Notes: generated by a model from the letters alone, not told the origin. A stretch of 64,000 bases of DNA from Acidimicrobiales bacterium (GCA_029247365.1 JAQWLJ010000017.1:499-64498), one strand, 5' to 3'; shown: positions 47,181 through 55,468, counted from the stretch's first letter. Numbers and translations: made by a program.

Positions 47181-47584
47181 GTGCGCCGCACCCGTACCGG
47201 TCCTTTTGCCGTCGATGGGTCAACGACCTGCCCACCCTGGGTGATCTCGACGTGGCCAGTGGCGACGAGTCGCCGGGCCGCTCGTCGAGCCGGCTCCATC
47301 AGCGGTCGCCAGTCGTCGGGCTCGACGAGGCGGGCCGCGTCACTCGGGCAGATCGTCGACCCCGTCGGCCGTTGCGCCAACAGCGCGACGATTGCCTCCT
47401 CCAGCGCCCGGTCAACGGGTCGGATCTTGCGTCGCCGGCATCCGTCGGAGCAGTAGCGCACGCCGTCCCAACTGTTGACCCATTTCTTCCGCCACTCGAT
47501 CGTTCGGCCGCAGGCCACACAGACGCGCTCCTCGGCTGCCCCACCGGAACCCGTCGCGCCTGCCATTGCCGCTCTGCGACTCAT
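47177..47584 (-). CDS. DUF2256 zinc-ribbon + DUF3253 fusion protein
   Basis: CVACGRTIEWRKKWVNSWDGVRYCSDGCRRRK is DUF2256. ICPSDAARLVEPDDWRPLMEPARRAARRLVATGHVEITQGG is DUF3253. ATGA overlap with the upstream gene. Confidence 0.85.
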   Translation of the reverse strand: MSRRAAMAGATGSGGAAEERVCVACGRTIEWRKKWVNSWDGVRYCSDGCRRRKIRPVDRALEEAIVALLAQRPTGSTICPSDAARLVEPDDWRPLMEPARRAARRLVATGHVEITQGGQVVDPSTAKGPVRVRRT

Positions 47585-48777
47585 CGGCGTTCAACCGCCT
47601 TACGCCAGGCCGAGAACGACCGCACCGATCCGGGCCGGGGCGTGCGCAGCCACGGCCAGGGATGAATGACCGATGGCCGCACCGATGCGGCTCGCGTTGC
47701 GAAGCCAGGCACGGGAGCGTGAGTCACCGCCACCGACCGCTCCTCCAGGACCGCACCAGGGTCGCCGAGATACAACTCCACGTCACGTTCCTCGCCCAGC
47801 TCGGCCAGAGTCTCGGTAAGAAAGACGAGCCGCTTGGAGTCGAGGCGGAGCCGGGCCAGCAGTTGCTCGTCGAACACGAACACGACAGGCAGTTCGCCGT
47901 GGGCTGCAGCTGCAGGGTCATCAGCTCCCAACGATTCCGCTGTCAGCCACACGGCCGAGGGCTCGCCAGTCTGTACCGGCTCGCTCGGCCCACTCAGATC
48001 GACCTCTACCGGCACCGGAACCGGAACCATCGGCGGGTCGTCGGGCCAGCCGTCGATTGGGCAGGCGTTGCGATGGGGGCATTGCCGGCACACTCCGGGT
48101 GCTCGCTTCTCGACCTGCCAGCGGCTGAACCCGTACGACTTGTTGGCGCCAACACCTGTCGTCCACTGCCATCCGAGGCGGTTGGCCGCGCGCGACCCGT
48201 CGAGGAGGTGGCGAAAGAACCGATCTTCACCACGTCGCCAGTCCTGCCCCCAGCGCACCGTCCAATCGCCAGCGAGCCACATCCGAGTCTGGTTGACGAG
48301 CCAGCCGTTGGTCTCCAACTCGTCGACCAGCATGTCAAGACACGGCAGGGTCCGGTCCCAGCCGTCCCCGGGCATCACGGACCGGGGAGCCCGCCGAACC
48401 GGCGCGGCAGTCGCCGGTCCCAGCCGGGCGTACCAGTGGCGGGCGTACTCCTGCCAGAGGAGTTCGTCGCGGAACTTACCGACATCGTTCGCGGGTCCAC
48501 CGGCCACCGCAGCCCAGACATCTTCGAGTCGCAGCAGTCCATGACGGATGTACGGCGAAAGCCGTGATGCTCCCCGGCGCTGGGGAGGTTGAACCTCGTT
48601 GCGGCGCGCTGCGTAGCCGGCCACGTCGAAGCGAGCCAGTGCCGCATCGGCCGCTCGCTGACCGCCCCGAAACGACGGCGATCCGACGGCGGGCCCGTCA
48701 AACAGGTGCCCAAGGTGGGTATCGACCCACGACTGCACGGCGGCCCGATCGGCAATCGGACGGGGAAGCAGGTTCAC
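47581..48777 (-). CDS. photolyase/cryptochrome-family FAD-binding protein, FeS-BCP-like, with the alpha/beta domain apparently at the C-terminus
   Basis: The N-terminal two-thirds carries FAD_binding_7 motifs: RGASRLSPYIRHGLL, FRDELLWQEYARH, NGWLVNQTRMWLAGDW and LLDGSRAANRLGWQWTTG. A Cys cluster follows: LPCLD ... GVCRQCPHRNACP. The C-terminus PVVFVFDEQLLARLRLDSKRLVFLTETLAELGEERDVELYLGDP...SFSAWRK resembles the photolyase N-terminal domain. Confidence 0.8.
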   Translation of the reverse strand: MNLLPRPIADRAAVQSWVDTHLGHLFDGPAVGSPSFRGGQRAADAALARFDVAGYAARRNEVQPPQRRGASRLSPYIRHGLLRLEDVWAAVAGGPANDVGKFRDELLWQEYARHWYARLGPATAAPVRRAPRSVMPGDGWDRTLPCLDMLVDELETNGWLVNQTRMWLAGDWTVRWGQDWRRGEDRFFRHLLDGSRAANRLGWQWTTGVGANKSYGFSRWQVEKRAPGVCRQCPHRNACPIDGWPDDPPMVPVPVPVEVDLSGPSEPVQTGEPSAVWLTAESLGADDPAAAAHGELPVVFVFDEQLLARLRLDSKRLVFLTETLAELGEERDVELYLGDPGAVLEERSVAVTHAPVPGFATRAASVRPSVIHPWPWLRTPRPGSVRSFSAWRKAVERR

Positions 48778-48992
48778 CCGATGAGCTTCGCACGACCGCG
48801 CCGCCTAGAGCGATCGTTGAGCCGGGTTCTACCCCGGCCCCTCGGCGGACAGTTTCTTCGGGGTAGCGAGCTGTCTTACTGATCGGGTGTGATCGACCGT
48901 CTTTGGCTCGGTCCGTTCCGATGAACGATCCGGCCTTCCGCTGACGCTTTTGTCGCCGATCTCGCGTCCCAGACCACCCAAATTCGGCTCGG

Positions 48993-49038
48993 CAGAGAGA
49001 GGTCATCTATTCGTGAGGGCAGGCAGCCCCTCCCTCTG
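48993..49038. repeat. structured intergenic repeat, copy 1
   Basis: cagagagagg (48993..49002) pairs with cctccctctg (49029..49038). It contains the exact 18-mer gcagcccctccctctgat (49023..49040), which is shared with copy 2. Confidence 0.8.
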
Positions 49039-49119
49039 ATGAGGGCGTCGACGGTGCCGCAACAGAAGGGCTCTGGCCTTGGCCAGTTCCTCGACGATCT
49101 AGGCATCTCGCCGCGCCGG

Positions 49120-49437
49120 CTAGCCGATCGCGTCGTAGAGGATGGTCGTGTCGGCCATTCGAAGGTCGGGATGGGCTGCACCGACATCTCGCTGCAACTG
49201 CATGAACCAGTCGCTTCCGATCATCTGATCCTGAAACGCGCCCCATGCAGCATTCGATGGAAAATCGAGCGTGTAGAAGGCGACTTCAAGACCGCCCGAG
49301 CCGACGGAGGGCCGAAGAAGACGAGGGTTCTGGGCGCCCCATGCTTCATGCTGGGGTCGGGCAGCGCGCGACCCCTCCTCGACTGCGTGAATTGCCCCAG
49401 GGCTTCCTTCCCAGCGCGTAACAACAGTGATCATCAT
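49120..49437 (-). CDS. small hypothetical protein (about 105 aa), compositionally atypical
   Basis: ATGATG at 49437 is preceded by GAGAGGAG. Hand-counted third-position G+C is about two-thirds, lower than neighbouring genes. An overlapping plus-strand ORF has a similar bias, so strand choice rests on the RBS and the plausibility of the peptide. Confidence 0.5.
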   Translation of the reverse strand: MMITVVTRWEGSPGAIHAVEEGSRAARPQHEAWGAQNPRLLRPSVGSGGLEVAFYTLDFPSNAAWGAFQDQMIGSDWFMQLQRDVGAAHPDLRMADTTILYDAIG

Positions 49438-49509
49438 GGCTCCTCTCGATGTCGGCGACACCACACCACATAGTCCGCCGTGACAGCTTGTTTCGCCTGG
49501 GACTCTTTC

Positions 49510-49528
49510 ACACTCACAACGTGAGTGT
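49510..49528. promoter_or_regulatory. perfect 8-3-8 palindrome (possible operator)
   Basis: acactcac-aac-gtgagtgt lies about 75-90 nt upstream of the 49437 start codon. Confidence 0.35.
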
Positions 49529-49581
49529 CCGAGACGCACCTAAGCCAGTGTCCGACGACGTTCGTTACCAGGCCCCAGACG

Positions 49582-49626
49582 CGGAGAGAGGCCGCCATCC
49601 GATCGGACACGCAGCCCCTCCCTCTG
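49582..49626. repeat. structured intergenic repeat, copy 2
   Basis: cggagagagg (49582..49591) pairs with cctccctctg (49617..49626). The exact 18-mer gcagcccctccctctgat is at 49611..49628. Orientation is the same as copy 1. Confidence 0.8.
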
Positions 49627-49819
49627 ATCGGGTTCGGTCAACGCAACGACCGGCTATGACACCGCGTCGGTAACAACAGTTCTTTCGTCTATTCGTTTCT
49701 TCGTGACCACGCCCCGGAGGGAGACAGCCTCACGACTGCGCAAGACACCAAACCCCGCAAGACACCCCCAACCTTTGGTTTATGCCGGTCACCACACTTC
49801 GGTCGCCAGATGATCGTGG

Positions 49820-51034
49820 TTAGTGGGGCTCTGGCCGCTGACCAAGCCGGATCTCCACACCGCTGGCCTTTCCGCCATCGCTGAGCACGGTGCGCTGGTG
49901 GGTATGGGCATCCCACACCCAGACCTCGACCTCATCGAGCCATTCGTCGAAGCCGAGCGCCTCGTTGATGCGCTTGCGACAATACGTGGCTGCATCGAGC
50001 GACGGCATCGCCGTCTCGAGCACGAGTTCACCTTCCACCGCAACTCGGCCGACCAGCGCCATCGCCTCCTCGACCGCCGCGTCGGCGAGGTCAACCATGG
50101 CCTGGGCACCGGTGCGCTCGGAGGCCGAGCGCTGCTTGCGACGGGCCTTTTTGCGTTCCGACTTCGATAGCGCTGGCTTCTCGTCGGCAGATGCCACATG
50201 GGTCCTGAGATGCTCGATGAGGAGCGAGGTCATAACGTCGGGGGCCGCCTGCAGCGCGGGTTGATGGACGTCTTTGATGACCTCGAGCCGGTAGGGCCCG
50301 GTGACCCAGTTGGCGTTGGCCTCGATCGACGAGCCTGCGACATTCTGTGAGCCCGTTGGCCAGATGAAGAGCGTGGGCATCGATGCAGCGGCAAGTGGCT
50401 CGCGATTCCACAGCCGAAGGGCTCGGTAGTAGTTGAAGACGGCCACGAGGGCGTCGTCGTCGTCGAGTGCGGTCCGGTACGGCTCGCTTTCTTCGGCCGA
50501 CACGCCCTGAGCCCCAAGCATGGACTCGAACATGTGCCGTTCGTTGCCTTCTTTGGCCGCTTCTGAGATGTAGCTGAATTTCGTTGCTTGATCGTCGGCG
50601 CCCGGCATCGCTGCGCCACGCTGCTCGGCGAGGGCCCCGGGATGCGGGATGTTGATACAGACGAGGGTGGCGACGCGCTCGGCGTAGCGGCCGGCCAGCC
50701 ACCATGCCATCGACGCACCGATGCTGGTGCCCATGAGGTGGAATGGTTTGCCAGCGAAGCCGACGGCGTCGGCGATGGCGAGAACATCCTGGGCGTACTC
50801 GTCGACGTGGTACGCCTCGACGCCGTGCGGCCGAGCCCCGGCGCAGAAGCCTCGAAGGTCGGGGGCCACCACTCGGAAGCCGAGGTCGGCCATCGGGGCG
50901 ATCTGGTGGTGCCATTCCCACCGGTTGCGGGGCAAGCCATGAAGCAGGATCAGGAGAGGGTCACCTTCGGCACCGGCACACAGTGCATCAAAGGTCATGC
51001 CCCGGGCGTTGATCTGAAGCTCGCTGACAGCCAT
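49820..51034 (-). CDS. alpha/beta hydrolase with a C-terminal extension of about 115 aa
   Basis: ATG at 51034 (MAVSELQINARGMTF). LLILLHGLPRNRWEWHHQI and nucleophile elbow LMGTSIGAS. The C-terminal part has a basic linker (SKSERKKARRKQRS) followed by an unrecognised domain. Confidence 0.8.
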   Translation of the reverse strand: MAVSELQINARGMTFDALCAGAEGDPLLILLHGLPRNRWEWHHQIAPMADLGFRVVAPDLRGFCAGARPHGVEAYHVDEYAQDVLAIADAVGFAGKPFHLMGTSIGASMAWWLAGRYAERVATLVCINIPHPGALAEQRGAAMPGADDQATKFSYISEAAKEGNERHMFESMLGAQGVSAEESEPYRTALDDDDALVAVFNYYRALRLWNREPLAAASMPTLFIWPTGSQNVAGSSIEANANWVTGPYRLEVIKDVHQPALQAAPDVMTSLLIEHLRTHVASADEKPALSKSERKKARRKQRSASERTGAQAMVDLADAAVEEAMALVGRVAVEGELVLETAMPSLDAATYCRKRINEALGFDEWLDEVEVWVWDAHTHQRTVLSDGGKASGVEIRLGQRPEPH

Positions 51035-51198
51035 GCGCCTGTCTACAGCGCGAATGGGGCAGAACTGCGTTCCCGTTTCGCTGCGAGATGGCATGGTCGG
51101 TGCACATGGTCACCCAAAGTCGCAAGGCGAGGGCGATGCAGCCATCGAGGTCTATAGGACTTCACGTCCATCGCCATCCACCGAGACGCCGCGACTCG

Positions 51199-51732
51199 CT
51201 ACCAGAACATGGTGCCGGCGGCGCCCTTGAACGGGCCGGTCACGTTGGCGGTGATCCATCCGCCGTAGAAGTCGCCCTCGTTGGGGTCGACACGCTCATC
51301 GTCGACCCAGCACTCGTCGACCGCTTGGGCGTAGAACCCCCAGTGCCCTGCGAGATCGGCGAACCGAAGCGTCGGATCCGGGTACGTCCAGCACGCACCG
51401 GGAGCGACTCGGTCGCCGACGACGACGTCGGCGTACGAGGCCGGGCCTTTCCACTCACAGTGCGTGCGCCGAGCCGAGATGCGAAGAAGGTCGGTCTGGG
51501 CGTAGGCCTCGTCGACGTAGTACGCAGGCGCCTGGCTGGTCTCGAGGACCCGAATGGCAGTCGGAGCATCGACCACGACCTCGCCGCCGTGCAGGACCCG
51601 GATTCGCCAGTCGACCTGCTCGACCCGTGGCGGCCGCAGGAAGTCCCACACCGACTCCACGGGCTTTCCGTTGGAGGCGATCGCCCCCCGCCCACCAGCC
51701 GCTTCCAGTTCGGCTTGACCGCGCTGCGTCAT
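51199..51732 (-). CDS. DUF427 domain-containing protein
   Basis: TAIRVLETSQAPAYYV...RTHCEWKGPASY matches the DUF427 pattern. TGATG overlap with the upstream gene. Confidence 0.8.
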   Translation of the reverse strand: MTQRGQAELEAAGGRGAIASNGKPVESVWDFLRPPRVEQVDWRIRVLHGGEVVVDAPTAIRVLETSQAPAYYVDEAYAQTDLLRISARRTHCEWKGPASYADVVVGDRVAPGACWTYPDPTLRFADLAGHWGFYAQAVDECWVDDERVDPNEGDFYGGWITANVTGPFKGAAGTMFW

Positions 51733-52739
51733 CAGCTCTTCTCCTCGTGTGGGCCTGTCTCATGCGCAGGTGGCGCCGGTTGATCGTTTCGACTCGACTC
51801 CTGTCTGGCGGTCATCGAACCGCCCGCCTTCACGATTTTTCGCGCCTCGGGAGGTAGCGGTTGCCGGAAGAGCCCGCTCGGGATGTCGGCGCCAGCTCGG
51901 ACGAGAGCGAGGTGCCACGACGGCGACGAACCAAGTGCCCAGCGCAGCGAACCGACCGTCTGGCGGCCGACCCATTCGGCCTGGCACGGCGTGCGCAGGT
52001 CAGACATGTCGGCGATCCTCGCTGGGATGGTGGCAACGGCTGCGTCGGCCAAGAGCCGATAGCCGATCTTCACCGGCAGGCTCAGCGGCGGGTTGCGAAG
52101 AAAGTCGAGGGAACGTCGTTGACCGGCGGTTCGGTCGAGGTCGGGGTTCTCGACGATCCATTCGCGCAACGCTCGGGCCGTGGCGGGAAGGGGGTCTGCC
52201 TCAAGCAGCCGTCCGATACGGGACTGCTCTTCGACGAAGCGATCGGCCTCCTCGTCGGACAGCGGTCGCGGCCCATAGGCCTGGAACGCGGCAAGGAACG
52301 AGTCGGTCAACACGTTGTGCACCCAGGCCGCCAGGCCGGGACTGGCCGCCGAGTAGGCACGGTCACGTTCAGACCGCCCCCGCACCGGCCCATGGGCACG
52401 GCGAACTGTCGCCACTGCGTTATTCACCTCGGGCATCGCGCCGTAGGTGGTCTCGGTGACATAAAGCGAGGTCCTCGTCAACCGACCAAGCGGGTCGGTC
52501 CGATATGTCGAGTGCTGATCAACCCCGGCGACCACTTCCGGGTGAGCAGCTTGCATGAGGAGCGCTCGGATACCGCCAACAAACGCAGTTGAATCGCCGA
52601 TGATCTCCCACGACATAGACGACGGGCCGAGGAGCCCAGGATCGCCGAGGTGGTCGAGGGTGCGCTCGAGCGGGGTCGGACCGTGTGAGAAGAGGCCGGT
52701 CGTCGCCTCGACGACGCGATCTCGGAGGTCGAATGTCAT
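51732..52739 (-). CDS. oxygenase MpaB family protein (DUF2236)
   Basis: SSMSWEIIGDSTAFVGGIRALLMQAAHPEVVAGV is the typical DUF2236 core. Confidence 0.8.
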   Translation of the reverse strand: MTFDLRDRVVEATTGLFSHGPTPLERTLDHLGDPGLLGPSSMSWEIIGDSTAFVGGIRALLMQAAHPEVVAGVDQHSTYRTDPLGRLTRTSLYVTETTYGAMPEVNNAVATVRRAHGPVRGRSERDRAYSAASPGLAAWVHNVLTDSFLAAFQAYGPRPLSDEEADRFVEEQSRIGRLLEADPLPATARALREWIVENPDLDRTAGQRRSLDFLRNPPLSLPVKIGYRLLADAAVATIPARIADMSDLRTPCQAEWVGRQTVGSLRWALGSSPSWHLALVRAGADIPSGLFRQPLPPEARKIVKAGGSMTARQESSRNDQPAPPAHETGPHEEKS

Positions 52740-53108
52740 GTGAACCTCCTGTCAGACTTGACCGAGAGTGATGCACACAACAAGAGGAACGCTGGCTTCC
52801 TCGGCCGCAAGGTTTGCTTCTTGGACATTACGGTGAGACTACGGGGCCACCATGCGTCCTAGATGAGACGGATCAGAAGATTCCGGGTCAGAGAACAAGT
52901 CGCCCCCACCTCCTTCCATGTCGTGGAGCTGGTGCAGAAACAAGTCGCTGGCAACGTCGGTCGCAGGTTTGCTTGCGAGCCTCGGAGCCCGGTTAGTTGA
53001 GGTACGAAAACCGGCAGTACCCCTAGCTGTTGGCTGCCAGAAAACAGCTAAGTTCTGGTGAGCCCCGTCGTTGAGGTATTCGCAGAAGGTGAGAAACCCT
53101 CAGACGAT

Positions 53109-53758
53109 AGTCATTCGAGGCAGCGCCAGAGCGGAGTTCTAGGCGGAACACGCGACGTCTCCAAGCAACGCTGAGTTCGGCGGCGAGCACATTCGCCCAG
53201 ATCACCTCCGCCATCGACGCCGAGACCGACCGGATGTTTCGCTCCGACGGGGGAAGAAACAGCGCCGCCGATACTCGCACACCCCCGCAGCGACGAGCCG
53301 ATGCCGTGGCCGCGCTGATCCTCGGCCTGCGAGCCGAACGTCCCGGCCCACCAGCGGTTCGCAACCAGATGATCGTGGTTGCGCAGGCCGACGGATCGGT
53401 ACACATCCCCGGCGTGGGGTCGCTCCCAACGTCCGAGACCACTCACTTGGACTGCATCTCTGACCTGTACGGACTCGTCTTCTCCGCCGATGGCCAGCCG
53501 CTTTGGATGGGCGACCGCGTTCGCCTCGCCACCAACGGCCAGTGGCGTCCGCTGATCGTGCGAGATGGCGGCTGCGTCGGGTGCGGCGCCGAACCATCCC
53601 GCTGCGAAGCTCACCACATCCGGTGGGTGCGCCCCGGCGGTCCTACCGACATCGACAACCTCGTCCTCGTCTGCTCCCACCATCACCATCTGATCCACGA
53701 CAAGGGGTGGCGGGTGTGCTGGGGAGCCGACGGCACGTGGATGCTCGCGCCGCCATGA
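53109..53758 (+). pseudogene. 5'-truncated DUF222-type HNH endonuclease (13E12-repeat-like) remnant
   Basis: The ORF-track entry 53234..53758 carries DTRTPPQRRADAVAALIL and an HNH core CVGCGAEPSRCEAHHIRW...NLVLVCSHHHHLIHDKGW. The frame is open only back to a TAG at about 53106. The roughly 250-aa DUF222 N-terminal domain is absent, and the upstream 52740..53108 has lower G+C. Confidence 0.65.
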
Positions 53759-53890
53759 GTCGGCTCGGCTGGCGAGCCTGGCGACGAAGCGGTACGTGGT
53801 GGCGTCGCCGCGTAGCCTCGCCCGATCACCGAGACCCCATCCCCCACGAACCTTCCCGACCGGCATCAGACCTTCCTGATCTTCGGCGGC

Positions 53891-55468
53891 ATGATGACAG
53901 CGACCTTCCTGTCGTCGCTCGACAGCACCGCAGTCTCGACTGCGCTTCCCACTATCGCAGGCGAACTCGGCGGGATCGATCAGCTGCCGTGGGTGCTCAC
54001 CGCCTACCTTCTCGGTTCGGTCGCAGCGACGCCGCTCTACGGAAAGCTGTCCGACATCTACGGGCGCCGGGCCCTCACCGAAGCAGCACTCGCCATCTTC
54101 ATCGTCACATCGGTGTTGGCGGCCACCAGCCAGACGATGTGGCAGTTGGTCGTGTCGCGCGGACTGCAAGGCATCGGTGGCGGTGGGTTGATGGCGATGG
54201 GGTTCATCGTGATTGGCGACATTTTCTCGCCCCGAGAACGTGGCCGCTACATGGGCTACTACACGATGAACTTCGCAGCTTCTGCCCTTGCCGGGCCGGT
54301 GATCGGCGGCATATTCGTCGATATCGCCAGCTGGCGATGGATCTTCCTGATCAACGTGCCGCTCGGGCTCGTCACCATCGCGATCATTCACGTCAACCTC
54401 AGATTTCGACTCCCGCCCCGGGTCCGCAACCTCGACTTGCCCGGGTCTGCCATCCTCGTCTCCAGCGTCACCGCGCTCGTCCTCGGTGTCGCGCTCGGCG
54501 GCGGCTCTTACAGCTGGAGCTCGCCCCTCATCCTCGCTCTGCTCGGCTGGTCGATCGTCTCCACCGCGCTTTTCATCTGGTGGGAGCAGCGCGCCACTGA
54601 ACCGGTCCTGCCGATGCGGCTCTTCAGCAATCGCACCTTCGCCATTCTCACGTGGGGCAACTTCACCTACGGCATCGTCGGCATGGCGATCTTCTCGTTC
54701 CTGCCCCTCTTCTTCCAGGTGTCGCTCGGCGAAGCGCCGACCGCCGCCGGCCTCATCCTCGCCGCCTCGACCTTGTTCGTGCCATTGGGCTCGTGGTTCG
54801 CCGGACGGGTCATCTCCGACACCGGCCGGTACCGCTGGCTCGTCCTCACCGCACCGCTACTCACGCTGGCGACCACGCTCGGCTTCACCACCTTCGACGT
54901 CGCCAGTTCGATCTACGACGCTATCCCGTGGCTCGTCGTCGCCGGACTCGCAATGGGCATCATCTACCCGACGATGACCACCGCAACGCAAAACTCGCTC
55001 ACCCTCGCCGACCTGGGGGCGGGCACGGCCGCCATCAACTTCTTCCGGTCGCTTGGCTCGACCATCGGCGTCGGTGCCCTCGGAGCACTGCTCACATCGA
55101 CCATCAACCGCGAACTCGGCAGGCTCAGCGACACCGACCGGGGCACCATTGATATCGACGAACTTCTCTCGACCCCCGAAGACATCCAAGCACTGGAACC
55201 GACGCTGCGGATGGCTGTCGAAGACGCCGTCGCCGTGGCTACCAATCTGATCATGTGGTCGGCAGTCCCCGTCATCACCCTGTTCTGCGTGGTTGCGTGG
55301 TTCCTGCCCGAGCTCGAGCTCCGCACCACCACCGCACTCGCCGACGCCGAAGCCGGGGCCAAAATGGAGTCCGAGACGGAGACCGAGGCAGGCGCCAGTG
55401 CCGGTACGGCGGCAGGGACGGAGGCCCACCGTCAAACAAGGACGCAGCCCGGGAACAGCGACAGCTGA
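53891..55468 (+). CDS. MFS transporter, DHA2 (EmrB/QacA-like, 14-TMS type)
   Basis: LSSLDSTAVSTALPTIAGEL and GKLSDIYGRR. The first ATG falls inside predicted TM1, and upstream in-frame codons (TFLIFGG) have no canonical start back to the TAG at 53813. Confidence 0.8.
   Translation: MMTATFLSSLDSTAVSTALPTIAGELGGIDQLPWVLTAYLLGSVAATPLYGKLSDIYGRRALTEAALAIFIVTSVLAATSQTMWQLVVSRGLQGIGGGGLMAMGFIVIGDIFSPRERGRYMGYYTMNFAASALAGPVIGGIFVDIASWRWIFLINVPLGLVTIAIIHVNLRFRLPPRVRNLDLPGSAILVSSVTALVLGVALGGGSYSWSSPLILALLGWSIVSTALFIWWEQRATEPVLPMRLFSNRTFAILTWGNFTYGIVGMAIFSFLPLFFQVSLGEAPTAAGLILAASTLFVPLGSWFAGRVISDTGRYRWLVLTAPLLTLATTLGFTTFDVASSIYDAIPWLVVAGLAMGIIYPTMTTATQNSLTLADLGAGTAAINFFRSLGSTIGVGALGALLTSTINRELGRLSDTDRGTIDIDELLSTPEDIQALEPTLRMAVEDAVAVATNLIMWSAVPVITLFCVVAWFLPELELRTTTALADAEAGAKMESETETEAGASAGTAAGTEAHRQTRTQPGNSDS

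Noticed and set aside
48829-48866. ctaccccg ... cggggtag hairpin upstream of the photolyase-like operon
   Set aside because: An 8-bp stem with a 22-nt loop and no T-run on either strand. It cannot be assigned as terminator or operator from sequence alone.
49034-49075. CUGAUGAG...GAA string resembling a hammerhead ribozyme core
   Set aside because: The sequence after CTGATGAG does not form a convincing stem II. GAAA does not follow directly, and no stem I/III pairing or cleavage-site context could be drawn. The CTGAT is simply part of the 18-mer repeat.
49039-49473. Plus-strand 144-aa ORF with an HTH-like start (GLGQFLDDLGISPRRLADR) overlapping the 49120..49437 minus-strand ORF
   Set aside because: The rest of the peptide is Cys/Arg/Ser-rich and implausible, and there is no RBS. 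The minus-strand ORF has a strong GAGAGGAG RBS and a globular-looking sequence. Codon bias is equal on both strands, so this remains uncertain.
53024-53050. 8-bp inverted repeat (tagctgtt ... aacagcta) with an 11-nt loop in the lower-GC spacer
   Set aside because: The stem is short with a large loop, there is no T-tract, and the position relative to any gene means nothing obvious. It is probably chance.
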